Assembly (NCBI GenBank): GCA_965649765.1 | Contig: OZ287757.1 | Location: forward strand, 53,754,001 to 53,818,000 | Length of the DNA: 64,000 bases | Source: Bispira polyomma | Taxonomy: Eukaryota | Direction of reading: 5' to 3' | Shown: positions 36,200 through 50,400 of the stretch, piece after piece | Layout of the letters: the number at the start of each line of letters is the position of its first letter | Position numbering within the stretch: the stretch's first letter is position 1 | The notes under the pieces: generated by a model | Database searches by the model: none | The model's input: the letters and a program-made list of their open reading frames with translations, nothing else | What the model was told of the DNA's origin: nothing | Position numbers and translations under genes: made by a program

Positions 36200-39100
36200 C
36201 AGCACCCGAGCGTTCTGGGTTACAAGCCTTTTTGTAACGCCTGATTGATTGCAGCCAGTAAAACAGGCAGCCCATTTTAAAGTTCTGGGGTAACAGCCTT
36301 TTTGTAATGCCTGATTGATTGCAGCCAGTAAAAAAGGCAGCTACAGCCCATTTAAATTCTCCCACCTTTTACACAACAACGTCCACAGAACAACAAGTAT
36401 TTGAAACAGATGCTGGAAAATTTTAGAGTTTTACATTTGAATTTAAACTGGCTTTAATAGAATTTTAGTGTTTTATATTTTACATTTTACGTATTACTAT
36501 GCCTCCTGCTTTGAATTGTCCAAAATGTTTCGGAAAGCATACTAGGCTGGTTAGGGCTGGTTGTTTGTTGGAAGCTAGTGCTTCGAATTGTGCTGCCGGT
36601 GATAACCTCAGTGACGAGTCCACTGCTGCTGCCCCGGTTCTGGATGGTGACTTGAATTTAGTTTCAACTCAAATACTTCTTTAGCGCCAATCCATGAGCC
36701 AGATGATAGAGTGTATTATGGATCAGCTTGACAACCCACGGAGGCGGCATTGGCAGAATATAAAAATAAAAGTTAGGCTATTTCTAATTCTACCAGTAGT
36801 TTTGTGAACAGCAAGGCCGATGTAGTAGCCCCTGAAAGTTTAGTTCCCAGTGTAGAGTTCCTACTTATTCAAAGCGAGGTTGAGTTATGACTAGCTGAGT
36901 TAAAACAATTGAATGAGAGTCCCAGTCAAGGTAAATTAAAATCCCAAGGGGGGCGGGGGGGGGGGGGGGTGTCAATGTTATAGTGAAATGGGTGGTCGAG
37001 TGGCCATAGAACCATGTTTTAACTGAAGGTTTTAGGTCTAGGCCCATGTTTGACGATTTGTCATTCAGTCAATGGGTGTTTGGCCTAGAATAATACAGGA
37101 TGAAAAATCAAATGCTATTTAGAAAATCATGCTTGAGTACATATCTAACCTTAAGGAAGATTCAGAAGATTTGTGTTAGACGAACTTAAATGGTCCGATG
37201 TTAAAAAACTAGACAGGCTCAAAAGGGCCTATGCTCAAAGACATGTGTCAAGTAGTAGCACCACCCAAAAAAACAGTAGCCATGGCGGTAGTAAAGCTAA
37301 TAGCATGGCAAAGCTAACTACAGAAAATTGTAAATTTTATCAGAATGGATCATGCAAATTTCCAAATAGCCATAAGACTGTAGTTTTTGGTTATCAGAAC
37401 AGCTCCACTATTTTTCAGAAATTTTGCGACATCGTTAGATTTATCATGATTTTAGAAGATTATAGTATCCATAACTAAATCGACGATTTTCTTGCTGTTA
37501 ATTTGCCAAGCAAAATCTTTCCAATTTTTGAGCTTTTGCAAGCACTGTTAGGAGAACTTGGTTTAACTGTTAGTAGTAAGTAACTAGTGGCTCCGAGTAC
37601 ACAGGTGGGGTGCCTGGGAATCCTAATAGATACCGAGACCTTCACAAATTATATACCGAATGAAAAACTGCATGAAATGAAAGTGTTTGATTTGGCAGGA
37701 TTAGACATATTGTACTAGAAAAACTGCAATCTTTTTTGGGGTCACTCTTATATGTCACAAAGTGCGTAAGGTATGTCCGGGTTTTCTTGAACCGAAACTT
37801 GCAACTACTGTGTGACAACTAAGGCAAATGCAGATTTTGCATGACACATGAGTTTAAGCAAGACCTTAACTTATTTAACACATTCATAAAGCAATTCAAT
37901 GGTGTCAGTTTTTTCTTACAAACCTATTCATACTCAAGTTGAGTTGAATGCCTGTCTAACTGGAATGGGTGGTATCTGTTGAAACCAAGTCTAAAAATTT
38001 AAATACCAGAACACGACTTATGATAACATTGCCTTCCTTGAAATGTTAAACATACCTGTGGCCTCGAAACTGTGGTCTAGTATCTGGCAGGGTAAAAAAG
38101 TCCTGTTCAAATGTGATAATCAGGCAGTTGTCAGTGTTTTGGAAACTGGGCGCACCCAGGACCCTATTTTGGCTTCTCGTACAAGAAACATTTACATGTG
38201 GGCCAGTTGTTTAACGTTGAGATCAGGGTAATTCATAATTTGGGTGTAAAAAATAAGATTGCAGATCTGCTCTCATGTTGGAACAAAACCAGCAATAATA
38301 ACAGTTACTTGCCCAATGGGCTGGACTAGTAAACTGGCTTCAAACGGACGCCACATTGCTGGAAGTAGACACAACTATATAACCTTAAAACTTTTTCTTT
38401 GTGTAATTATTTTCTGTTACAGGTATGCATCCTTTGGACTTACTGCTGACAAGTCGGGCCTGCAAGAGGTTTCATTTTGCTTTTGCTGCTACGACAGCCA
38501 GGGCCTACAACAGCATGTTCAGATTATTCATCACGTTTGGGGCTTAAATGGATTGGCCTCCTTCTCAGGTGACTGTATTTAGCATTTTGTCTTTTCTAAA
38601 TCCAAATTGCAAACCACTTGTCTGTAGTGAAAGCCAAATGCATACTCTTTCATCTTAGTGTGGAATGCTTCATAAATCCTCGCATTTCATATTTCAATCA
38701 AGCTCTGGCAATTCACAGACCTCTTCAAGCCAAGTTAAAAAGTATTTTCGGTATTCCCTTGTAAATTGATTTAATGGCAGAGTGTGACAGTACCTACATG
38801 GGTGAAATTGTCAAAGCTGTATATTTAATGATTTTTGTTTCAGTTTTTTGAAGTTCTCAAATCTCTGCCCCCACTCTGTGGCGGCTTTCTCTTCTCTTAA
38901 GCAACTTGCCAGGGGTGGACGTCTTATTTAAACCAGGTTATGTAGTGTTGCTTAAAAAATGGTCCCAATTCATTCAAACAAATAATGCAATTAAACTTTT
39001 ACCATTCCAGTTGTTTCCAATTCCGGCCTGTGCTCTGTGGCTGCTCTGAGGAATGTGATAGCTTTGACTTGCCCTGACCCCAATGCTCCTCTTTTTCAGT

Positions 39101-39460
39101 ACAAGGTGGGCATGCTGGGGGTCTTTGACCGACACCTAGGTTCGACGTCACCTGAAGAATGTTCTTCAGCTGATGGGTTGCCAGCAGGCGAATCTGACCT
39201 TTTATGTCTTTCAGCGTTCAGGTGCCACATTTGCGTTTAACAACAATGTAAATGTGCAGGATATTTAACGTCATGGCACCTGCATGGACGTTGAATTGCA
39301 TGTGGAGGTATATTATTGATTCTGCTCAGGCTGGCTTCCAGGTTGTTGATTCTTTCAGGAAAGCCCTACATCTCAACTCCTAGGCGTTTCTGGGTTTGGT
39401 GGTCTGGCTCTTCTTTGATCAGCTGAAAAAAATAATATGTACAACATTAATGTTTAATAA
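36200..39460 (+). mobile_element. Decayed DIRS/Ngaro-like tyrosine-recombinase retrotransposon
   Basis: gag-like part with CKFYQNGSCKFPNSH; RT remnant FGYQNSSTIFQ...(Y)IDDFL near 37380-37500; DIRS-type RNase H LEMLN...CDNQAVVSVL...NKIADLLS at 38040-38280; YR remnant (LCP, KWS, SGATFAF, HGT, WRYI) at about 38430-39380. Boundaries approximate. Confidence 0.78.
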
Positions 39461-41260
39461 AGTACAAACTGGACAGTACAGAATACTGACTGTCGTTGGG
39501 CATAAGGTGAACTTAACCGTCAGTGTACATAATGTACTCATTCATAGTCTATGTTGAAATTTATTAGGCAACCTCCTAGTATGCTCAAACTAAACTTAGG
39601 GCCATTATATGATCCCCTTACCTTATATCTAAATTATGGTTGCTCATCTTGAACTCAAGTTAGAGGCATCCTATTCTGTTCCTAACTTTCAAATAATTTA
39701 TGTTAAGGTGACCTTATGTCAACCTTTTAATTTCAAACTTAACTTTATTTAACCTTATGCCCAAGCTGGAAGATGAAACTGTATCTATAAAAGTCTAGAT
39801 CTAACATGCTAGTCACAAATAAAATATTACCACAATTCGTTCTCCTGTGTTACAACTTAAACATATTATGTTCAAAGAACAGTAATTTCACTCTGAACAC
39901 AGAGGAACTGTTATTCACAGATGCTATTCCTTTGTTAGATTTAAAAAATCTTGCGTACTGCAACAAAAGTGTTATTTTGACTTTTGAAATAACTGCAAAT
40001 CAGTGAGTTGTTGTGGTGACTGAATGGTATATATTTCTTTTTGTCAAGAGATACAGGACAACCTTTCACACAACAGCAGAGAATGTTGTAAAGTTGGCTT
40101 TTCCGAATCACAAGCTGTGACAGAAATCTCGCGGACGAACAAATTTTGTTTGAGGTCATGAGAGTTTACACACAAATAGTGGCAGATTCAATTGATCTAG
40201 TGGAAGTTAAAATGTAGACTTTAAAGTGAACAGACCTGTTTGGAATTACCTGTGAAGGGATAAAACACACGGGTAAAATTGTACCAAAAGTTTATGCAAG
40301 TGAAACTGTTACGCAATAATGGGCTGATACAGTGTTATTGAATTAAATTATGTATAAGTGCAATATTAAGTTAATTTGATCAAATACTAACCTCTGTTTG
40401 TTTTCTTGTATGTATCTTTGCTTTTCTTAGCCACATTTGTGCAGTATGTTTGTATACATGATAGTTTCTACATGGTGTCCATGCTTTGTGCAGCAGGATG
40501 TGGTTACTTCAAAACTTGGGCACATACTAAACCTCTAATCCAATAGGGGGGGCTGGGAATGATAGTTAATTTGAGTTATTCCGGTCTGACTAGGGTTTCA
40601 GTATATAAGGCCTGCACTTGTCAGTATATTCATCAGTATATTCGCTGTTCTGATCAAAGGTGAACAAGTGGTGGTAATCAGCAAAAAGAAACATAAGGTA
40701 ATAGGATGTCTGGGTGAAACCCACATAACCATTTATTTTCGAAAAGTATCAATTAGTGTAGTGATTGTGTTAAGATGTGATTTACTGTTTTCTCAGACAG
40801 TCCCAGCTTTGCTGGATAAAAATGCACATAAATGTAAATATGTTTGATATAAAAAAAATATATATATTTGGTTTTTCTTTTATTTTCTAGGAATTTACAA
40901 TATATATATATAATTTCGCTCGGAACGTTACACAAGTTAAAAGCTGTTTATTTCTGCACTTTACAATCTGCTAGTGCAAATAAGATAAAGTGTCAAATAA
41001 ATTATACTGGATTAAATTGTAAAGAAAATGTTATGCTGCTCAAGTCCTTTCATTGCTTTTTGACAGCCATATCCTTGGTTTAGTAAAATATTAATTAAAT
41101 AATTGTAAATATAAATTTATCTTCATACCTTTTTACTATTTTTTTGCCAATGTCAAACGACATTTCGCTCCGTACAATATGCTACATATCAACCTTAATT
41201 ATATTTCGTTCCTCCAGGTTTCGGTGTAATGCCGTAGTAAACGAAATATATGGTAAAAAC

Positions 41261-41425
41261 ATGGCTGACACGTTGCAAAGTAAACTTCAAACACCAAGAA
41301 CTTTGCGGGAAAAGTTGACAGCATGGGACGCAAAGACAGGTCCCAAGGCTCCTCTTACCGACTCTCAGAAGGATTCTTTCATGGAGCTGACAACACTTAC
41401 TGCCAATAAAGCTCTCCCAATTGAG
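41261..41425 (+). CDS. COG3: COG3 exon 1
   Basis: MADTLQSK...[18 protein letters not shown]...LPIE|gtttgg. Confidence 0.9.
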
Positions 41426-44400
41426 GTTTGGACATTTGTTAGCCCCTCCCCCACTGAGACCCAGACACCCGTGATGCTGGATGTATGATCAATCCTCGTA
41501 TTTTTGGTCTCTCTCATATTTTCGGCCCATATCACTTTTTATGTTAAATTATTGTCTGTAAGCAAACAAATGCTTTTCCAAAATGTTGGACTTAATAAAA
41601 TGAACCAGTATTATGTTTTCGGCGCTACTTCCTCGCTAGATATTCTTGTTGAGTAGATATTTTTGTCATTGCCATTTTAAATGCCTTTAAATTGAGTAAA
41701 CTTCTTTGTTTTGGTATTATTCTTATGGATGGACCTCTCAACTAACAGTTGAGCACGTCTAATTTTATTAAAAGTGTGTTTATTTTTTGTTCATAACAAA
41801 AATATCTAGCAAGGCAGTATGGGTTTTGGCGTACCGCATTTACTCTGTGCATATTTACGATATATAATTTGGTTAAGGGCGGAACGAGTAGTCGGTTAAT
41901 CCCTGACGGAGCGGTTCGGCTTGTGGCTCGAGTCAGAAATGGGAAGCCGATTACTCGCTAAGTTTACTTCTGACACACATACAACCAATTAAACCGTATA
42001 TAAACATCAAATTATATATAATTAGACATCAAAACCTAATATTTTCCCCAGTAATCCCCTGTCTTTAGTATTTACAATGTATATATTTTTTACGTTTTTT
42101 TCTTTAGTATTTACAATGTATATATTGTTTACGGTTGGCAGGAATTAAACAAAAACAGCCTTATTTTTGTTTGGGTTAGGATTAAAATACGTTGGCGAGT
42201 ATTCGGCAACAAATCGAGTCTCACCTAGCGAGTAACCAGGGCCCATTTTCTGGCTCACTTGCAGCCCTAAATTTTAAGTACGCCAAAACCCCAACAAACA
42301 TCATATCAGTTTATTTTGAAACTTAATTGTGAAATATTAGCCTGTAGAACAATTGAAACCACAAGTGTTAATTATTTGCTTAATGAGCTTTGTAAAAATT
42401 GTTGTAAATATCTTAAAAGTTTGAAGATGAAGAGGTATTAATCAAATTATGATTTGTCTTCAATTATATGATCTGAAATGGCAAATATACAATTGCTGAC
42501 CCCTTTTACAGAACAAAATTTCATTGAATATTGACTCAAATAGTAGTCTTTATATTATACATACATATTTTACTGTGAATTAGCCTTGTGTCTCTTAGAA
42601 TTTGAGTTTTAACCATTTCTTTATGAACTTATTAAACATTGAAAAAGATTGTTCTTGGCGAAAATTGGAGTTGTATTTTATTCTAGATATGTTTAATATT
42701 ATTTTCTAATGCAAACAATATAAAACACATTTGATTATTGAAGAAAAACGGCAAATATCGAATTTACAAGACTCTCGAATCAACAATACTACAGGTATAC
42801 CAATACTACATGACAATTTATGTGACAGTCATTGGTATTTTGTTGTCTCGAGAAATATGTGTACCGAATGATTTATAGTGCGAAAGGAAAAATTAAAGCC
42901 AAAAATTGTTGATATCCATGCTGTCACGTAAGTCGTTGACGTAAGCAACCACAAAATAAATGTCAAAAATTAATAGTTTCGTCATTGAAACCCTTAAATA
43001 TAACTTTTATATTATGCCAATCTGTTTAAGGAATAGTTTCTATTTATATACTGCCACCGCAGAATTGAGTAGTGGGTGATAACAGAAAACATTTACCTTG
43101 CTGTGTACCCATTTGATTCGCTAACTAGTGACTGGTTCACTATTTTCAGACTCGTCAGTAGCTTGCTTAGTAGTGGCATCATCATGATATGGCATCTAGA
43201 CCATTCTCCTCTTGTTAATTGTTTCTAGGCATAACACACATGTTGTTTTGATTAGGTTTTGTTTACTTCCTGTTCTTTATGTTACATTGGATTGGCAGTA
43301 TTTTTTTTACAGTATCTCAGATTTGGGATTGTTTTTGACAAACAATATCCCAGACGCAAATTTTTGGTACCGTCACAATCCCTACCTCAGAGTATAAATA
43401 ACATTTAGTAAGGACTAGATTATACTTGCAGCTTCCACTGGATGACTTTCCTGTGATCTCGGCTCACAAGTCGACACAACAGAACCAGAACGATGACGAT
43501 CCTTTGGCCAGAGAATTTGCTAAGCTGGCTTATGACAAAGTGGAAAACTCACAGCAGGTAGGAGGACATGAGTCTTATAATGTGTGATTTTTAGTTTGTG
43601 TGTAAATCATCTGTTGTGTCACAAGATTGATATTTAAGTAGTGTAGAAGATGAATAAAAGCTTTACGTTTGGTTTGAATGCTAAAACCCCGGTGTCCTTT
43701 GATTTCTAAAATGTAGCCGAGAGAGATGGTCTGACCAATGACCTTCTGTATACAACAATCTGTATCTAACAGACAAATTAGCAGGGTGATGATGAACATG
43801 TGTTAAAATTTATTCACAAGACATGAGAAAGCTGTTACACAAGGGTGGTGTTTGTTAATGGTGCTGTATGTCCTTTTTATTTTAGTTTTTCTCCTGGTTT
43901 TCTGAAGTAGAAGAGAAGATGGCAGACGATGAAGATCAGCAGCAGAAGTAAATCAAAGTTTGTTATTCTAACATTAAGCAGTTGTCTAGCAGTCGTCTTG
44001 AAACTATTCACATAATATCTGGACTCTTAAACCATGGGTCAGTGAAAGGTACATGTTGACCTACATTTTCATATAACTATCCAATACAAGTCAGTAGTTT
44101 AAAATGTTCAAGACTGCCTGCGGGATAAGAGATGTAGCAATGTCCCATAATAATTCAGTGTAATACCTTTCTGCAATATTGGCATTTGGTGATCGAAATC
44201 TCTTTAAAAGAGAGGGTGCTATATTATTAGAGACGGGGTCTTTATTACACTCTCTTTATGTACATGTTTTCGAATAGAATTTGATATTTTTCTTAATTTA
44301 TTTTTTCTTATTAGGGATTTTACAAACAAACTACAGGGTCACAAATCTGCATGTGATGAGGTCATTGAAGAGGTCACGCAGGCCTTGACCTTCCTAGAAG

Positions 44401-47400
44401 AACTAAAGGTCAAATATGTGACAGTCTCCAGAAAGACCAACGCCTTACACGAGGATTGTGAGAACTTGTTAGAGGAGCAGGTGGGTGGTTGTCTTCTGTT
44501 TTTCAGAGCACAACATTTCTCAGGTGATGAATTTCGGATTTTTACATGCCTACTCTAGTTTGATTTTACGTCGCTTTCAACAGCTTAGGTCATATCACAA
44601 CAGCCAGATTTATTGGTGGAAAGAACCAGTGCTGAAGCCTCTTTGTAAACCACAGACCTACAGCAAGTATGTGACAAACTCTCCCACATAAAGGAAGAAA
44701 TAGGATTCTAACCAACATTGATGAGAAACCAGTGATTGTGAAGCAAGTGCTTCTAACCACTAGGCCATCGAGACCCCTAAAATATTATACTTTATAAGAT
44801 TTGAAGTATTTTAATATACATGTGGGGGAATTGTCTATACACATGAAACATCCACAAAGACTCATTGTATTTTACTAATTGTTTTACAGGCGCAACTAGT
44901 CAACAAAGCTGAGAGTATTAATAACAAGCTGGCATACTTCAATGAGCTTGAACGTATATCAAGCGTAAGTACACAAACATTTGTAACTAACCAAAAAACA
45001 AACGTTGTTATAAATAAAGCTGTGACGATTAGTTAATAGATCAATGCATCAGACGATAAAAATTTTTTTTTTCGCAATTCTGCCACTTTACAATTTACTG
45101 GTGATTAACCCCGGCATTTAAGCATCACCTCCAGACATAATATATTGTACCAAAATATTATAATATCTTTGGTGTGGCACACTTCATGTTACACAATATT
45201 TTTGTTATGATACAATGTGTCAGTGTCAAGAGTAATAAAGCCTTTTTATACTTTTCAGTTTATTTAAATGAGTAAACAGTAACATGAACATTCACCAAAA
45301 AATAGTATTTCTCTTCTTTCTAGGGTGCAATATCACTACTTGTACTAATAATATGGTAAATGATAGGGTTTAACCCTCTCAATGTCTGTTTTGTCAACAT
45401 GCAGCCAATGGTAATCGTTACTCTCAGAGCCAGTGTCTGTCGATCAGCAGTCAACATCCAAAAAATATTGTTTATTTTCGTTTATTTCCTCGCAATAGGA
45501 AATTGTTAGTACAACAGGTCCTTAGTTGAATGCCAGAAGTATCTAGTGAATTCAATGACTAAACTTCAGGTTTCATCTAAATATGGTGGGTGGATGTACT
45601 CGTATGTAGGTTGAGATGGTACCGGGATATCTCAAGTCAAAAAGCCTAATCAAAACCAAATAATAAAACAATGTGTGCGCGACGTCCAGAAACAAAGTAT
45701 ACCAAAACCCTCTCAAATTTCAAAGACCTGCATTTTCGAAATACCATTGTCTTCATTTTTAATCACGTTATTCAGCCGAAAGGTTACCGATACTGAAATT
45801 CCGTGAAGAGGATCTCACTACCTTCAATAGAAAAACGCCCAGAAGTTTTTCATCAATAACCAAACTGTCTTTGAGATATCATCCAAATATGGTGGTTGGA
45901 TGCTCTGATAATATATGATGCACCTTCATGTTTTATTTAATGTTGTATAATTTTAGAAACTTGGCTCTCCCACCCTGACTGTGACCAGCGAGTCCTTTGT
46001 ACCCATGTTGTCACGACTCGATGAATGTCTGGCTTATTTGGCAAAGAATGTAAGAACATTGGTATATAATATCCTTTGAAAGTGTAATTTGCCTTTTGTT
46101 TTTTTTTTCTAAAAATCTTTTCCCTCAGTTTATCGCCATAGGTAATTGTAGGTATTGTGGAATCCGCAATAAAACAATTGTAAGTGTGGCCTTTATTGAA
46201 TGCCGGAAGGTTCGTGCAGCATAGACTTCTATAATGGCAAAGCATAATTTGGTCTATTCAAATTACAGTGAGGCAGTTTTTAGTATTTTAGCGATGTTTT
46301 ACATTCATTTCTAGACACCAAAGAAACCCAGCATGTCAGCTGACAAAGTCATTGAAAAAACAATCTTGGAATCATCATTCTAAATCTGAAAATAATAAAT
46401 CTAGAAGAGTTGGTCTTTTAGCCTCAGTATCCAGAGACCCAGTAGGTTCAAACAGTGTAACCTCAATATTGAGAGTCCCAGGTTTATACCAGTAACTTCA
46501 AACAATGTTTGTCTTGAGGCTGTAACCCCATCAATACAGTGACCTGTATGTTCTATTGTAGCCTCAGTATCGAGAATCCCAGGTTTATACCAGTAGGTTC
46601 AAGCAGTGTTTGTCTCGAGGCTGTAACCTCATAAAGACGCATGTCACCCACATACTACAGACGGCTACTCAACAGGTCACACCAAAAAAGGTAAGGCAGT
46701 GTGATTGCACGCGCACAGGTACACTTCTTAGTCAGGAACCTCTACCTAGCCGTTGTTAGCTGTTGTTATCAGTACACGTACCCGTCTCCCTGGAAAGAAG
46801 GAATCGATGAAAATGGTTGGAAATAAAATACACCTGTCCTTCCCTATAATCTGCACAATCTAATATTCATGCCTGTTCACTGATTGGTCTAAAGGTTCCA
46901 GATCCTTTTTTAACGGCCACGGATGCAACATCAGTACCATTCTGACATCGCATCGTCAGCAAATTTCGCTTGTAAGTTTAAAAATATTGCTTCTCGGGGC
47001 ATTTTTTGGGGTGAATTAATTATTACATTTTAATTGTCTACAACCTGGTTAGGTTTACAGAGGTGTATGACTGTAGCTAATTCAGTAAAGTCTAATTTGG
47101 TGTGCTGACCACTATTTGGAGTGAGTGTCATACACTGTTCTTTGCAGAATTAAGGAATGATATATTATAGCAAAGAAAGCAATGTTTTAAGAATTATTAC
47201 ACACAGAAAAAACTATTTTATTAAAAAGTTACTGGTCCGACATAACAGTTACAGGTCCTGATCATCAAGAGTTTATAATTTAATAAAATATTAATAAACC
47301 CAGTTACCCAAAGTTAAAAATAATACGTTGACCTTTCTTGGTTATGTTTTGAATGAAGTTAGAAATTGAAAGTTAAGTTACAAAAGTTATAAAAAGTAAA

Positions 47401-50400
47401 AAGATGCGCTGGTCCGACAACTACAAAAAGATAGTGGCCTGATTCGATACTTGTCTGACTCGGGCTGACTGTCCTGTGTATTGTTCCTACACTGGGAGAG
47501 GAGGCTGACAGTATGTCTGTTCAGAGCAATCTGATTTTTTGTGTTTTTTTTGCACATAGTTTCATGTTTAATCATACATGTTTTCATTTCAAGCCATCTG
47601 AGGTGTTTACCCTAACACTAGAGCAGGTACGTGCGCGGTCATATGACTTAATCAGCCGACAGGGGGGGTTCTCTTTTGTTTAACCACTTTTCAGTTGTGT
47701 CCCCTCCCCCTCATTTTACGCTGAGCCCTATGTTACTTGGATTCAGATTTTTCTATTTAGTTTTTGTTTGTTCAAGTTTTTGTTCAGAGGATTTTTGGTT
47801 ATATATATTTGTTTACCCCGTCATTAAGGCAAAATGTAGTGTCGGTTTGTCATCATGTATACTTGGTTGTATCGGCTGTCAAAAATGATTTGATATTTTA
47901 CAAAAATTGCAACTTATATGTTCCTGGTACTCTACTCAGATCCGGGGTACCCATGAAGTATTTGCGTACAGTATAGTGTACCTATAGTAATATAGCCTCA
48001 GTAAATGAACCACACGGAAAAATATAGATGCTGTAAAATGTAAAATATCAACAAAATAACACTTCAGATATTTTTTAAATAGTGAAATAGTTTTAACAAC
48101 ATTCAGCATACTTTCTTACTGGTTATGACTCTTTATTTAGAATATTTTTGATGGATAGAATGTTATTTTTTGCTTCCTAGAAGGAGGCATGGCAACCATT
48201 ACCGTGGTTTTTAGTTAATCGGCCAATCAGAATCCACTTCCTGTGAAGTATTTCCATATGGTTTACATATCTATTCATCTTACTTAAACCACTAAAACTA
48301 AATATACATCCGGGTCTTACAAAATGGTGACAAACAGTATGAGAAAACAAAATATATAACCAATAAAAGACATATTATATACAGTAGAACTCTGTTAGGT
48401 CAAATTTAAAGGGACCATAGAACAATTTGTTCTGCTGGATAGGGTCAATTTTAATTAGAAATACAGCAATAGTACCTTTAAACAACCGCTACTTAACAGG
48501 TAATTCCACTTATCAGAGTTCTACTTAAAGGGGTTTTGACTGTAATAATCTTTTTAAAGGGGTTTTGGCTGTAGTAATCTGTTTTAAACAAGTAAATATC
48601 TAGTAGTGAAAAATTAATTCCAGTGACTTTCTTAAAAATTGTAAATTAGTGATTGAGGTTTCAGCTAAATATATACAATGGAACGTCTATTATCAAAACG
48701 TATTTAAAAAGTAAGAGTTTGTTTGGATAATAGAAGGTTCATAAAACAGAAAGAGACATTTTAATATAAAACAATAGGAGAACTTAAATTTTTGTAGAGT
48801 GAAAATGTGTTCATAAAATTGAAAATCTTAAACCCTTCCAGCCAAATGTACCAAATGTTTCTCATGACATGTGTGATATAAATAACCAGTTTGGCTATCA
48901 AATGGCATTAAGAAGTACGGTAGAAACTCTATTATCCAAACATGTAGGGAGAGCCAAGATTTTGTTCAAATAAAAGAAGTTTCATTAAATAGAAGAAGCA
49001 TTTTATTATAAAACTATAAAAAAAAATAGTTACAGCATCTTTTAAAGCGCAACAGAATTTCAGTTAACCAATAGAGAAGTCCACAAAACACATACCCAAG
49101 GTCTAAAGGAAGGAGGAGGAGGGGCTAAAAATCTTCAATTTTATAACCCAATATGGGAACAGTATATCTTTGGTCTCCCCACATGTTTGTATAACAGAGG
49201 TGTTCTTTAGTTCACACTGCTTTACTCTTATTTATCCAGGACATCACGTCTCCCACAGACGACGCCTTTACCTTGTTTTACGGCAAGTTTAGGACCAACG
49301 CGCCACGGGTGAAACTGTTGATGGAACAGGTGGAGGCAAGACTTACCAGTAGTAACGAGTAAGTAGAGCCAAGGTCATTTCAAGGTCAGGCGAGACTTAC
49401 CAATAGGTAAGGTCATTTCAAGGTAAGGCAAGATTTACCAGTAATAATAAGTAAGTAGAGCAAAGGTCATTTCAAGGTAAGGCAAGATTTACCAATAGTA
49501 ATAAGATAGTAAAGGTCATTTAAAGGTGAGGCGGTACACAATACTTATTGATTTATTAATTTTACAATTCTTATCGATGATTTTGATTGTTACTCTGCAA
49601 GCTTTTAGTGCATTGGCTTTTTGTCTGTATATAAAGTAGAACCTCTATTATCTGAATATTCAATGAACACAGTTTTAACTGTTAACATTTTTCCATTGAT
49701 TTATTCTAAAATGCCCCTATAAATATATGCCAGGATAGACTTTGTGTTTTAGGTACACCCAGTCTGTCTCTATGTTCTAGGTACACCCAGTCTGTGTGTG
49801 TTCTAGGTACACCCAGTCTGTCTCTATGTTGTAGGTACACCCAGTCTGTCTCTATGTTGTAGGTACACCCAGTCTGTCTCTATGTTCTAGGTACACCCAG
49901 TCTGTCTGTATGTTCTAGGTACACCCGGTCTGTCTGTGTTGTAGGTACACCCAGTCTATGTTCTAGGTACTCCCAGTCTGTCTATGTGTTCTAGGTACAC
50001 CCAGTCTGTCTGTGTTGTAGGTACACCCAGTCTGTCTGTGTTGTAGGTACACCCAGTCTGTCTCTATGTTCTAGGTACACCCAGTCTATCTGTGTTCTAG
50101 GTACACCCAGGGGCCGCGGTGGCCTAGTGGATAGCAAGCATTGCGCTTCACAATCACTGGTCTCTCACCTCTGGGCGGCGTGAGTTCGAATCCCGTCGAT
50201 GCCTATGTGGGAAAGGTGGTAGTTCCTTACTGTGGGCCGCTGGTTTCACTGCAGAACCTTGACCGACTGTATGCAGTGTTTCCTCCAGCGTTTCCAACTA
50301 CCCGTCCCAATATAACCTACTGAAAGGTACTAGAATGGACGTTAAATATCCAAATTCAAAAAAAAAAAAAAAAAAATTCTAGGTACACCCAGTCTGTCTC

